Shown here in pieces: positions 13,241 through 27,345 of a stretch of 64,000 bases of DNA. Under the pieces are notes generated by a model. The model searched no databases. It saw nothing but the letters and a program-made list of their open reading frames with translations, and had not been told where the DNA came from. The stretch is from Eledone cirrhosa (Eukaryota). Numbering within the stretch: the stretch's first letter is position 1; each line of letters begins with the position of its first letter. Both the position numbers and the translations under genes were made by a program. Location of the stretch: the NCBI GenBank assembly GCA_964016885.1, contig OZ024741.1, forward strand, positions 137,640,001 to 137,704,000, read 5' to 3'.

Positions 13241-16200
13241 ATACACATGTATATATATATATATATTGTTACGAAAAGGTTTGTAAAGTCAAAACATCAG
13301 CTGCAAATGATATCACTCGAATTCGAAACATTGCTTACCAGATCTACAAAATAAAGCGACGAAAAACGAACAATGGCTCACGTGACTGGTTTGAAGCATG
13401 ATGGACGTTTTTTTGTGTGTTTTACTTGAGGTAGACAATGTAAACCGGTGGAGTTACCAATGAAGGGAGTTGGTGTGAAGTTGGCAGCGAGAGCAGGCGT
13501 TGTGAGATCGGCGGCGTGATTAAGACACTCGGTGTAAAGTTGGAGATGTGAATAGTCGGCGGGAACCCAGAGCGGCAAAGAAGAACTTTACACAAGACAT
13601 CCAGCTTGGTGTGTCTGTTTCTTCCATTCTAAGCAAGCTAGGCAGGCTTGCGGTTTCCTAGCTCATGAATTTGGGCTGTTGGAGCCGTGTTGTAGTTGGA
13701 AACCCCATTTTACAACAATATATAAGAGGGGTTTGAGATGTCGAAGTGGTTTACGTTTGATCAATCGGCTCACATATATTGTATAATATATATGTGTGCG
13801 TGCTTTTATACATAAGGCAAGAAAGGGTACAAAGCAATGAAGAAAATGGGATTTCAGCAGTAAAAGGTAGCGGAAATGAAGACGAGCATAACATTCCTTC
13901 AGCAGCTGTTTATCGGACATCCGTGTAGCTTTGTATAGCTTTAGATAGGACTGTTAAAAACTGGTTTAATACTTCTTGGGAAATAAAGAAGACAACATTT
14001 GTAATAAAGAACAGAAAGCAATCATATAATTGGAGGAGAAATGATATCGTCGGACAAGTTACCAAGATATACATGTAAATCACGAAAACAATATATATGA
14101 ATACCTACTGAAATTACTGTGCATCTATATTAATCATTAGACTAGTATGCCACACATATAATTATTGCATAATAAAAGTGTTGAAATAAAATGTATGGTC
14201 TTAAGAGTCATTTCAGGACAGTCAGTCTACAAGTCTGACCAGTAGTAAAGTACACAGCTGAAAGAAAGACTAGTAACATGAATGTTGCATGAGTTCTGGA
14301 CTAGAAGTGGGGTTGGAGAGAAAGAGAGATTAAAAAAAACTGTATAGAGGTTGGGAAAGAATAGGAAGGGAAAGAAAGGAAAAAGATAGCCACCGAACAA
14401 AACGTAGAGGAAAGAGAACCACCCAGACCATAAAATTAATAAATTAGGCATTCATGCACACACACATAGTAAAATGAAAACAAGAAACAAGGAAAATGGT
14501 TCAATGACTTGAATACGATGAATTCCTTGTGAAAGCCAGATATATTTTTCCTCTATTTATTTTGGCTCCTCGCATTGTTTACATCCTGCCGAAGTAAATT
14601 TTGTCTTTCATTCGCATGAGGTCGAAGAATAATGTGAGAGTCTAAGGCAGTGGACAGACAGAAAAGGGACAAAACTAGAAGAGGAAAATGAGTTATTTAT
14701 ATCATGTCCATCATTTCCCCCCTAGATTAAAATCAACTGCAGTGACTTTAAACCAAAAACTTAAATATGCTGATAGCTAATAATGTTGTCCGGTGCTCTG
14801 CTGAATCTATGATTTTCACAGCCTTCTCAGTGACTACAATAAAGACTAAGCAATAAGTATTAGTTTAATATCTTTTTTCAAATTCTATTTTTGCTTTCTT
14901 CCTCAAGATACTATTTCTTCAAATCTCATTAAATTTGCTTCCTTTAAGAACAATATAAACAGTATGTTTTCTTTTTTTTCATGTCATTTATCGAGAAGAG
15001 CATAAAAATAGTTCTATATATTGACTGAAGATATATTTATTTTTAAAAATTCCTCGATCTTTCCTTGGTTTAAAAAATCTATTTATATATTTCTCATGTC
15101 ACATAAAATGATTAATTAGGGATGAAAAATAGAATAGCTCAAAATTGTAATGCAAAAAACAAACAAACAAATAAAAACAAAACCACAAAAACTTCTAAAA
15201 TGAAACGAAATTCCATCTTTTACAGCCACCTGAGACTCTATTCAGATATTCCTGGATCTACAGAAAGAATCTTGAAGTAAACGATCTAAACATTATAGCA
15301 ATGAAAGTTAAACATAAAGAAATATATTATGAAGCAGGTAAATCATCTTGTAAACCCAAACATATTTTATTTTAAGTAACTTAATATTGATTTTTCGTTA
15401 TCATATAAGAAGTTATATGTCGGAATTCCTATTATTTGTACGTGTGTAAATTTTATTTCATAGCGATGTATCTCTAAATTTACACCACACTATGAGTTGA
15501 AATTTCTGAAAAATATTCTAGGCGTAGGCATGTGATCCAGCAGCTTCAACAAGTGTTTTCAAAAATTGACTCGGGTTGACTAATGTCCTGTAAGAAAAAT
15601 TTGGTAGACGGCTCAATAAAAAGTAATAGATGTAACAGCCTTGAACAATTAAGAACTGTGGTCAACCTAAATGATAAATGTAAACAAATTGAAGATGGTG
15701 CCCCAGTATGGCCACAGTCCAATAACTGAAATCAGTTAAAGTATATTTTGAATTGTATTATAGTCTATATTTGTACGTGTGAATTTATTTCTCAGCGATT
15801 TAACGCTATATTTACACCACCACAATAAAATGAAACTTTTAAAAACTATTCTATTTTCTATCGAATCAATATGCACAGCTCGAATTTGAATTGTCGTAAA
15901 TATTACTTTAATTAATTTTCGCCAGTTCCTGCCTTCACGGATTAAATAACTTTCTACATTATCAGAAATAAATTATCTGAAAATATCGTTCACCGTATCA
16001 TGACATTCATTTTAGATTACAACTGACATAAGCGATACGCCTTTCTTCTCTTCAGCCCAACAGGTTTTTATGGCTTCTATTCATCGATATACAAAGCTAC
16101 CACACATGTTTTCTATAATGTTTATAACATGGAACTATAATTTATTGCTGTTTTAACTTTCTCTGAATATCTCTTTATGTAAAAAATATCTCTCTATGTA

Positions 16201-18485
16201 AAAAAATACAATTATCTAGAAACTTTTACAAATGCCGAAAAAATAGCAAATTACGAAATAACAGATTTCATCCATTCTTAGAATAAATGAAAGGCTGCAA
16301 TCATCTTCACACGTCAGGTTTCATAATTAACGAAATGCTACAGGTAAAAATAATAAAAGAAAGCTTCAAATTGTGAGATCTCATGCTCTCCTGATTGATA
16401 TTGAATTTTTTCTCAATTGAAGCATTTTCCTGCATTTTCACCGAGGTGTAACTTCACACATCACATCTCACACTGATAATATAGTAATTTTACAATATCA
16501 CATTAATCAGGCACACCTGTAAGCTCAGGAATATGGATTGGTAATACTGTTTAGTGTATCGTAACTTCTTATCTAATCAGAACAGATTGTAAAATATTGT
16601 GAAAACTTTAGAAAAATATCATTTATGATCCCTCTCACCTTTCACGATAGAAGATCTTAGATTACACTGAGAAGTCAGACAAGATTGCTGTGAACATTAA
16701 GAATCACACTTTCCACTTATCCACACACATCCACTTAGGCAGCGACTGCTCGAAACCCAGTTTGTTCAGGCTGTTAGAGATATAGCTTCAGTGAGCAACT
16801 TAATAAGTTACATTGCTAAACTTTTGAATTGTGAGTGGGGGCATCGATTTCTTCTTTAACTCATATAAGAGTTTCAGTTATTAAACTGTGACCATACTGG
16901 GGCAATACCTTCGAAGAAAACAATGCATCACCCTGATTCAGTATGTTTTTCAAGTGTTATGTTATCGATCTCCTTCTGTCGAATCTCTAAAGGATATAAC
17001 TATACATACGTACATGACGCTAAAATATATCTCAATACATTGGTCAACCGGAGACTATAGAAGAAATTTACACAAGGTTTCACGAATGGGTAAGAACCAG
17101 AAACCATGTGGTTGTATAGAGAATTTGAAACCACAGCGAAGACGAAGTTTTAACTGATCTGTTTAGTATCATTCAGTATATTTGGGTTCTTTGGAAGAGT
17201 TTCAAGTTGATACCTGCCCGAGTTCCCCTTCTGGACTCTAAGCTTTATTTCTCTGTCCACCTGTCACTTTCGACGGGGAGAGCTCCCACCGACTTTGAGG
17301 TGGGAGAGAGATGTCTTCTCCTGTGAAAATGGGTATAACTTTCATTATGTCAATCTCCACATTTTGCCTCAATTATCCCCATCTTAGGGCACTTCTTTCC
17401 ATGGTACTCCCCGTTTAATTTTTTAGAGTTTGGCAGGTCTGCAGTTGCTCCCTAGAAATGTGACATCCATTGCTTACTTGAGGAACTGACACTTCATGCT
17501 AATACCCAGATTTTCAGAAGTATACCTTGCTGACCTAACTGTAGATCTGTGCCGATATCCATTCTATAATGTTAATAACATCTGTTCAATCTGGATGTAT
17601 GTCCTTGTAATTTTTCCTTGTTGTTGTTCAGGATGTTTTAGTTGTAAGAAAAAAAAATCGTTAAGTGACACACACTTAACAAGCTGTAATTTAGGTTAAA
17701 GACCAGAATTAATTTTTAGGTGGAGGTGACAATTCGATTATATTGATCTCAGTAATTCATTTTAACGAATCCAGAATAATAAAAGACAAAGTTGATTTCA
17801 ACTGGAGTCGAAATCGGAAATATCGTGAGGATTTTGTCCGACACTCTACCGATTTTGCCAATCCAACACTACTAACTACACTTAAAATTACAATAGAATT
17901 GTCATCTTTATTTTATCGATCACAAGGGGAGAGATCGGTGGCGTTCAAACTTCATAAGGACTACTTTATCCATTATGTATCAATCTTTTATAAACAGTGT
18001 GGTACATTCTTTTAGAAAGATATCGCTACTATTTCTAGCAGGTCGAGCGATAGTGTTGAGTGCAATATTATTGGGGAATAGAATCATTAGGAAATATTTT
18101 TAGCTGTAAATGTATTTCTGTAGGCATCGAACAACAGTCGCGAATTTTACTTTACACGATTTCACATCGAAGTTTCTGTCGTTGATTTGAAATTGAAGAA
18201 AAATTAAAACGAATAATAGTGATACATGACAAATCTATTATCTCTGTCAATGCCCGGAGCAAAACATTAATCTATAGAACACTATTTTTTACTTAACTGA
18301 TGTCATCGCCAGGCAGAGAGAAACGAATGTAAAAAAAAGTAATAATAATGCTGCTGAACTAAACAGCAAAGAAATTGTTTTTTCTCTAGAACCTTTCAGA
18401 TGTAATGATTCACATGACTCGCATTCCAACCTCCAATAATTTTATTTTATATATATGTATATATATATATATATATGTGTGTGTA

Positions 18486-18519
<34 letters not shown>

Positions 18520-18573
18520 CATGTATATGTATGTATACATATACATGTATATATATATGTATATATATATATG

Positions 18574-18649
<76 letters not shown>

Positions 18650-18685
18650 TATGTATAAATATATATATATATGTATATACGTATA

Positions 18686-19556
18686 CACGGTGGGTCAGAA
18701 AAGTTCCAGGACTGATGTCACAACAGATTTATTTCAAACCCAAACTTCACACTAAGAGTTTTCTCCTTCAAAGTAATCCCCCTGGAGTCTAATTCACTTT
18801 TCCATCCTTTTCTGCCACGCTTGCATGTACTCCTGGAAGGATTCTTCCGGGATCCTCTGCAGTTTCGTCGTCACGGCCTTTTTGATGTCGTCCACGTCTT
18901 TAAAACGGGTCCCCTCCGAGTCGTACTCGAAGATCCATGACTCATCACCGGTGATGACTGTCCCTAGCAAGTCTGGTTCGGTTTCAAGACGCTCGAGGAT
19001 GTCCTGGCACACTTGCATGCGTCGACCCTTCTGGTCATCGTTCAGCAGTTTTGGCACCATCTTCGCGCAGACTTTCCGCATGTCCAAATCTTCAGTGGGA
19101 ATCTTCCAGACGCTGTCCCGATTCATGCCCAGCTCATTTGCCATCAGTCGAACAGTCAGCCGACTTTCGCAACGCACCATCTGCCTGACGCGCTCAACAT
19201 TGACCTCAGTCCAGGTTGTTGAGGGCCTTCCGCTCCTGGAGTCATCTCCCACGTCCTCGCGCCCTTCTTTTAACCTCTTGCACCACTCAAAAACACGTGA
19301 GCGTGACATCGTCTCATCTCCATACACTTGATGCAGCAATCCAAGTGCTTCTGACGGAGTTTGTTCGTTGCTCTGTGCTCATTGCTTGACGACCTGAAAC
19401 AGAAGACATGTATTTAAAATTATGAAGAAAAAAGTCTGATCGCTGCAGTTACATACTCCAGGGGGATTACGTTGAAGGGAAAAACTCTTAGTGTGAAGTT
19501 TGGGTTTGAAATAAATCTTTTGTGACATCAGTCCTGGAACTTTTCTGACTCACCCC

Positions 19557-19557
<1 letters not shown>
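18686..19557 (-). mobile_element. Internally deleted mariner (Tc1/mariner) DNA transposon
   Basis: About 103-bp TIRs (18686-18788 / 19455-19557) with TA at both flanks. Confidence 0.92.
18794..19339 (-). pseudogene. Mariner transposase remnant
   Basis: HTH region (VYGDETMSRSRVFEW...RSGRP), KMVPKLL (WVPHEL-like) and TGDESW, then an in-frame jump to GTRFKDVDDIKKAV. The second catalytic D and the YSPDLAP region are missing. Confidence 0.9.
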
Positions 19558-19622
<65 letters not shown>

Positions 19623-19653
19623 ACATGTATGTATGCATACATATATATATATG

Positions 19654-19800
<147 letters not shown>

Positions 19801-19829
19801 GTATGTATATATATATGTAAACGTTTGGA

Positions 19830-20875
19830 GTTGAAAAGCCAAAACAATGCAGGTATGGATATAGAATATAAATGCAAATGCAAAAGATATTGTTGACAAT
19901 TAGTCTTTTACCTTAAATTTATTTAAATATCCTTAATTTTCGAGATAATATCTCTTCTTCGGAGGGAAGTAAAGGGGTAAATCCAGTGTACTAATTAGCT
20001 TGCCAAATCATGCTGACAGGAAATGGTATAGAGATTCCATTCTATCTCTAATGTCAAAGAGTGATGGTTAGGTGGGTAAAGAGTTGTCTCCCTTTAAAAG
20101 GGGTTTTGTACATGTATGTTTAAGTGTGGGAGAATACGTGAAGGCGTGGGTATGCGTGTGTGTGAGTGTGAGAAGATATGTCTATATGTATATGTGGGAG
20201 CTAGATGCTCTATCATGTTAAAACTGGTCTTTGTGTGTGTATGAGTATGTGTGAGAGAGAATAGGTAGAGGTGTAAGCGCGCGTGTGTGTGTGAGGGGGG
20301 TGTAAGTGTGGGGCTAGGTGCTCTATCATGTTAAAAATTGGGTGTTGAGTTCTAGTCTATTATTGATTGGTGGTTGTGTTTTGTCTTTAATTAATGCTTC
20401 CTTAATTCTAAGATTGCCGAGGTTTCTTTCCTTAGTTTCTATCCTAACTGTTATGTTTTTGTCGGTGTTTTTGCATTTCACTAGGTGTTTCTTAAATGAG
20501 GAAGCGTTAGTATTGAGGTGTTCTTTTATTATTATGTGAAGTGGTCTGGTGGTGCTACCTACGTAGAAGTTGCTGCATTTGTCGCACTCTAATCTGTATA
20601 CGACGTAAGCCTGATGGCATTGGTCTATGTCGTTGATGGGGCTATTGGCCAGCGTGCAGCGGCTGTCATGTCTGGTGGAGTGTCTTTTGGTTAGCTGTCC
20701 GCGTAGAGAAGGTCCTGAGTGTGCTAGCTGGATATCTAGTCCCTCTCATCTGATAGCTCTGCGGATTGCTGTTGTTGTTTCGTCACTGAAGTGTGGGAGC
20801 TTCAGGAAGCAGGTGTTAGTGCCTCGGGTGTGGTGTCCTTTGTTGTTTCTGGCACGGTTCGTGGTGGACGTCGGG
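19830..20875 (-). mobile_element. 3' portion of a PLE: GIY-YIG endonuclease remnant plus tail
   Basis: Minus-strand translation near 20330-20700 reads AYVVYRLECDKCSNFYVGSTTRPLHIIIKEHL...LRIKEALI. (TA)n on both flanks. Confidence 0.85.
19930..19966 (-). ncRNA. Minimal type I hammerhead (CCGAAGA core)
   Basis: Reverse complement: CCCT CCGAAGA A GAGA tatta TCTC GAA AATT A AGGA. Confidence 0.65.
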
Positions 20876-20964
<89 letters not shown>

Positions 20965-21533
20965 GTATATATATACATCATACATATATATATATGTATG
21001 TATGTATATACGGTAAATATTGATGTAATTCAATTTAAGAAGTCAACGTTAATTTATCCACGTAGGAATGACGGAGTACTTTTGGAATAAGGAAATACAA
21101 AGTAGTTTAGCTGTTAAAGTCCTTTATTGATAAGGCCGTGATACACATTTCGATGGCGACAGTGGCGATTCTGTGTAGTACCCATCGCTCTGATCTCATC
21201 AGAGAGCCTCTTCCATAATAAGGTTACAATCAGGAGGTAATCCAAAATTAAAGCGGCAACGGAACGGACAAACACAATGTTCATGAAGCAAATGCCCGTT
21301 TCCCTGTGCACCCCGGTTCAAGTCATCTGTATCGATCTAGCCCGACTCTGAAACCAAAAGCTCGTCCGATGAACCCCACAAATCAATAAACGTAATGAAG
21401 ACATAAGAAATCGTCCTTTATATGTATGTATAATCTGTCTCTCTCTATATATATGTATGTATGTTTGTCTAGATAGTATGTATGTATATCTGTCTAGATA
21501 GACAGGTGTGTGTCTATGTGGTTATTATTAGAC

Positions 21534-21689
21534 CAGTGATTCTCAACCAGTGTGCCGCGAAATTTTATTTTCGCCATGATTTTATTTTGTAAAATTCAAA
21601 TATTTTTCATATATATTTAACCAGGTGTGCCGCTATTTTTTCATGTGTTCCAAGGTGTGTCGTTGGCAAAAACAGATTGAGAAACACTG
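21534..21689. mobile_element. hAT (Charlie/Buster-like) MITE
   Basis: TIRs CAGTGATTCTCAA / TTGAGAAACACTG and a perfect 8-bp TSD TATTAGAC (21526-21533, 21690-21697). Confidence 0.9.
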
Positions 21690-21792
21690 TATTAGACTAA
21701 CGATTCTTTCAGTAAATGATAAAAGTTTTTATTATTATTTAAAAAGTCTATGTTTGTATATATACATATACATACCGACTTCTCACATGTAT

Positions 21793-21891
<99 letters not shown>

Positions 21892-22074
21892 CGCACACAC
21901 ACACACATAATAATAATAAATAAATAAAAAAATCCAAAGAGGATTCGATAAGGCTTGTCTATATATAAGTATAATTATATATAAACCGGTAGAGTAAATA
22001 TTTAATATTAGTACAGATTGAAATTTTCAGCAAGCAATTAGTGATTTTGTCTTGTTTACTCTCTCTCTCCCTCA

Positions 22075-22139
<65 letters not shown>

Positions 22140-22967
22140 GAGTACATTATCTAAAAAGGTGCCAGTTAAACAAAACATATAAAAGAGAATTGTCATGAAC
22201 TAAGGCTCAGCTTTATTACTTTATATAAAGGAGGACAAGATGCTACTCTATTGCCAAAAAAAACAGCAGTAATAAAACGTGCTCACTGATACAATATTGA
22301 ATACAATAGAAAGCAATGTTATTCATAAAAACGATCACCGAAGTAAAAGATTATGATACAAGTCATTAAACAGATTTTTTATTCAAATGCCATTACAAAG
22401 AGATAGTTTAAGTGTAGCATTCAAATTTCTCATCAGGTATAAAAGTTTTTATTCGTTTAATGTCAAAAGTTCAGTGTTGTCTTGTAGCAATATCTTCGTG
22501 GAAAACAATGTGATTGTTTAGATGAAAAAGTTTCCAATCTGAGGTCCGGGCACAGATAGGAGTCCACAATAGTATTATTTGTAGGACGTGAACCATGTTC
22601 GTTCGATGGGAAATTATTTTTTTGCCAAACTTTTATTGTAAAGAAAACAAGAAAACGCCGAGGGTGCTACACTCCATTTCCACACTGATTTCTCAAAATA
22701 AAAACGTCGTGTTTGGAGGTCAGGTTCGTTGACAACACCGAGGAAAACATAATTTCCCAATGAACGTGAGTCTGATGTAGATCTAGAAATTTACCAAAAC
22801 AGAATATGTACACAGTATTTGGTATCCATTCTTCTCTAAATACAAACATTTCTCTCGTTCGAATGTTATTATTGCTGTGTAACAATCAGGATGGAGAATG
22901 GTTTTAGCTAGCGGTTAGTGGAAACATTTCATTCAAATTAGAGTTGTCTATGAAAAGGAACAAATCA

Positions 22968-23152
22968 GAAACTACTATTTAAGATACACGAGATACCCCG
23001 TAAGGATGAAAGGCAAAGTTAACCTCAAATCCCGCCGAGGTTAACTTTGCCTTTCATCCTTACGGGGTCGATAAAATAAAGTACCAGTAATACACTGGGT
23101 AAATGCTGGCCTTGTGCCTAACGTAGAAACAACTATTTAAGATACACGAGAA
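22968..23152 (+). mobile_element. SINE (family B) 3' fragment with 5' inversion and long flanking direct repeat
   Basis: ACCCCGTAAGGATGAAAGGCAAAGTTAACCTC aaatcccgcc GAGGTTAACTTTGCCTTTCATCCTTACGGGGT, flanked twice by AGAAAC.ACTATTTAAGATACACGAGA. Confidence 0.8.
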
Positions 23153-23606
23153 CAAATATATTCAAAACGATACAAAGTTACACTCTAAGCCAAAAATGTA
23201 TTTGAATTGAAAATGAATAATGTCATTCAGTGTGAAATCGAGACAGTTTCCCATTTTATCAGCCATTCTCAGTGAAGTAAACTCGTCCACTTGTCTGCTA
23301 CATAAATGGATATAGAATGATGTTTCTGCATACATAAATACACATACGCTGCTGTGATAAACAACATAAAGTGATAACACCCAAGGCGCTCACTTACATG
23401 GTAAATAGTAATGTATATAGTGATAATATAATCAGTAAGGTAGTTTGGATTAAACGAGTTTATATTCACGTTCTTCCGTAAATTTCTTAGGCTCTTGTGA
23501 GTCAAACAATCTGATAAATCTGCTATTTTTTAACAGGCTAAACTAAAACACATTGCTCATTGCTTCGATGAAGTTGATTGATTTGAAAAGGAGCGCGCAC
23601 TCATTA

Positions 23607-23665
<59 letters not shown>

Positions 23666-23725
23666 TTATTGAACCCTCATAGGTTGATATATAACGGAAG
23701 AATCCACCCTCTCCCCCTCTCTCTA

Positions 23726-23761
<36 letters not shown>

Positions 23762-23779
23762 CTATGTATATATATATGC

Positions 23780-23857
<78 letters not shown>

Positions 23858-23882
23858 GTATATATATATGTATATATATATG

Positions 23883-23929
<47 letters not shown>

Positions 23930-23930
23930 G

Positions 23931-23987
<57 letters not shown>

Positions 23988-23988
23988 G

Positions 23989-24020
<32 letters not shown>

Positions 24021-24024
24021 TATA

Positions 24025-24399
24025 TTCTGTTTCTCCCCTTCTCACTTCCTCCCGTTTGGCTAACAGTGGGTCTCTTCTTGCTTACATCCCACTCACGCTG
24101 GACGTGTCTGTACCTTTCGCTCTTGAAATCCACCCAGCTTATGCTGACCAGGACTACCATGTTGCTTGTTTATTTCCTTTCTTTGGTCTGCTTTTATCTT
24201 TCTATGTTGTTCACTTGTCCTCCTCGCTTTACGCGATTTACTGGTCCCAATAACTTTTTTTAGTTATTGCTCGCACCAACCTGAGGTATATGATTTTTAA
24301 TGCGATGAAATACCAATGATGGTTGGAAAATCACTGAGGAAGGACTATTTTTATCATATGTAACCTATGTGCAACCACGCAGTATTCTTCTTTCTTCTC

Positions 24400-24405
<6 letters not shown>
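24025..24405 (+). mobile_element. Solo 3' tail of a Naiad-like PLE
   Basis: Homologous to 3455-3775. Lies between (TA)n tracts. Confidence 0.75.
24244..24345 (+). ncRNA. Putative permuted hammerhead with kink-turn, copy 2
   Basis: GGTAT-A|TGATTTT ... GAAATACC ... AAAATCA-CTGAGGA-AGGAC. Confidence 0.7.
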
Positions 24406-24456
<51 letters not shown>

Positions 24457-24558
24457 AGGTAAATATCTCTCTGAGTACTAAGTACTCATAGAGATATATA
24501 GGGTGTCTATAATATAATTGTTGTTCTATGGTACTAATTTCAGATACCAGAACTATAA

Positions 24559-24724
24559 AAATTGAGATGAGCAGAACAAACAAACATTAAACAATCCTTT
24601 AAATAAATTAAAAAATGATTTAAATATCTACCTGTTCGTGTAGCATTACGAACAGGTAGATATTTAAATCATTTTTTAATTTATTTAAAGGATTGTTTAA
24701 TGTTTGTTTGTTCTGCTCATCTCA

Positions 24725-24728
<4 letters not shown>
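24559..24728. repeat. Perfect fold-back palindrome (about 80-bp arms, 8-nt loop)
   Basis: AAATTGAGATGAGCAG...CCTGTTCGT gtagcatt ACGAACAGG...CTCATCTCAATTT, followed by (TA)n. Confidence 0.92.
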
Positions 24729-24788
<60 letters not shown>

Positions 24789-25644
24789 CAAGTTTGAACA
24801 ACGAACTGTCTGCTTGTGAAATTAGCGTGCATAAACACGTGCACATGTAGGGTTAAAGGATTTAACAGAAACAGTGTGTGATACGAATGTCCCTTTCAAT
24901 TTCGGTTACAATTCTTTATTTTTGCACCCGAATTCACAGAAGCAGTGTTAAAAATGATATCTTGCTTAAGATACCACCATTAGGGACCAGAGTCCTTATC
25001 TTACGGCCGTGTAGAGATCTACTTAACCACTATGCCATTCATCTTTATACGCCCCCACACATACCCCCACCCCCACACATATATATATTTATACCAATTG
25101 TAACATCATTTAACGCCGCAGCTTTTACTGTTATTTTGAAGAATCTCTCGTCTTGGCTTTTGATCTTAACTACTACATGGCACGATTCCATATGAAAAAT
25201 ATGGTTTCTAGTTATATATTTATTATTCCCTGAAGGAATTGATAAACTTGGAACATTTTTCTTCGTATCTCAGCAGACGTAAGCAGAAATATATCTTTAT
25301 GAGTATTATTTGAAAGAATTAGTTGAATAGCTGAGGCCAATTGCGTCAGAAACGCGAATTTCCTTTCAAGATCAATTTTGAAAGATTAGAAAGTCCTAAT
25401 AAATGGTTGTAGTCTAATGACTGAAACCAGTAATAAATATTATTTGTTCTTTTCTAAAAGAAATTGCAGTCTGTAAGTTATATTTGATATTTGAGATAAT
25501 AAGATGAAATCAAATATAATTATTACCAGAACTTCCAATACAAAAGAGAATTTTATTTGGTTTAATTGATGAGAGATTTAAAAATAATTTTATGACATCT
25601 CTCACTAAACTCTTTGCTAATCATTCTTTTTATAACTTGTAGAC

Positions 25645-26070
25645 AGGCAAAGTGGCAGAATGGTTAGAGCGTCAGGCAACTAATTTGCGTTATTTGTTCT
25701 GGTTCTGTACTTTCTGGGTTTAAATTCTATCTTTCATCATTTGCAGGTCGATATAATAAAGTACCAGTTAAGTCGATGTAATCAACTGTCTATTCTTTAC
25801 AAGGTTTTAGCCTAGTCCCTAAATTAGGAACCTTCATCTGGTAAATATATAACTTATAGTGGAAGCAAATTGGTAGAGCCATTCGACTGTCAGATATAAT
25901 ATTTTGCGGTATTCGTTTCGGCTCAATGAGGTCAGAGTTTAAATTCTTCCAAGCTCAATATTGTCTCTCATGTTTATGAGGCAGATAGAGTAGCAGTCCA
26001 GTCCTGGAGTTGATTCTTACCCTGTCCCCTTTTCTCTGGAAGAAAATCCGCCTGTGTTGAGACCTGAGAT
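25645..26070 (+). mobile_element. Two adjacent decayed SINEs (family B)
   Basis: GTGGCAGAATGGTTAGAGCGTC...GTCGATATAATAAAGTACCAGT, plus a second similar copy from about 25860. Confidence 0.55.
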
Positions 26071-27124
26071 AGGAATGGGTTCCAATATGGTGCTCCTACA
26101 ACTCCATTGGAAATTAAGGGGCAATTTCAAGACAGCATAATTATACCACTCTTTATATGAAATACAGTGTTCAGAAAGGTTGTCTCTCATTTCTAGAAAT
26201 AGGAACAATTAAACGATTCTTTAGATATTGTTAGTCGATATTGATTGCCAAATAAATGCATATAGTTCCAAAACTGAATAGTTTACTACTAACTCTAATA
26301 AAAATTCATCGATTAATTGCATATATCAATAAAGAAAACTTCGTCTAATGTCATAATATTTGCCTTTATTCATTAAATATTGGCGAAATGTTGCATCGTA
26401 GTACGGGATTTAACCTTTATGATTTTAGAAGCGTCCAGCTGATGAATTGAAACGACACCATTCATAGTTCCTGTTGGTAAACCACAGATATGAAATGAGT
26501 TATTCGTTTCAAGTTCTTAGCATTTCTATGGTGAAGGTGTGCGGCTTACGATTGTAAGGTCGTAAGACCATTTCCCAGCGGCACGTTTTGTTCTTGAGTG
26601 AGGCACTTTATTTCACGTTGCTCCAGTCCAACCAGCTTATAAAAATGAGGCGTATCTTTATTCTTTCACATATTTTGTAACATGTTTTGTCAGTGGAATA
26701 CACAGGCCATTCCTCGCTACATTTAAGATTCCCAATATTAGCCATGGAAATGAATTAAAGACTATCAATTTCATTTCTGTCTTATTTTAAAGACATTAAT
26801 CTGATGTTAAAAAAGCATGAAAACCGTTTAAAAGAAAACCGTAAGAAAATGTTCGAAGGGCAGAAACGATTTCATGCTGAGTCAATTAGTGCCACAAAAT
26901 TATATAAGAAATTCGCTTCAAAACAATGGGGCTCCGGGTTCGCTCTTATTGTGTGTTTACTATATATTGAGGTTGAACAAATACTTGTGATTTAAATTGG
27001 GTAGATTAAAACTGTATGGAAATCCTTCGGATAAGCTGCACCTGTAATTCAAAATGCAAGCTTATCGCGGATTATGTCAGGTGGACTCTATGAATAAAAT
27101 AAAATTCTAAAGTTTTTCTCGGGA

Positions 27125-27345
27125 CTGGATGCTCATCAGGCTGGTGCTGTTTATCCAGTTTCCGTGGTATGAATCGACAGACAGTACAAGACTCTCCCCC
27201 AGGGCACCGGTTCTATACAGGATTAAATCCCCAGTTACAACTCCTATTCATTTTCAGCTGAGTATACTGGAACAACGTCACATGAAGTGTTTTGTCGAAG
27301 AACACAACACACAGCCCATTCCATGAATCGAAACCACGACAGCAA
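27125..27345 (-). mobile_element. SINE remnant (reverse orientation)
   Basis: CAGCTGAGTATACTGGAACAACGT...TCGAAACCACGAC is the reverse complement of the family-A central/head motifs. Confidence 0.55.

Noticed and set aside
13267-14006. Possible solo LTR (starts TGTTAC, ends GTAATA)
   Set aside because: No CA terminus, TSD or second copy.
26430-26460. CTGATGA-ATT-GAAAC
   Set aside because: No stem I or stem II can be formed; probably chance.
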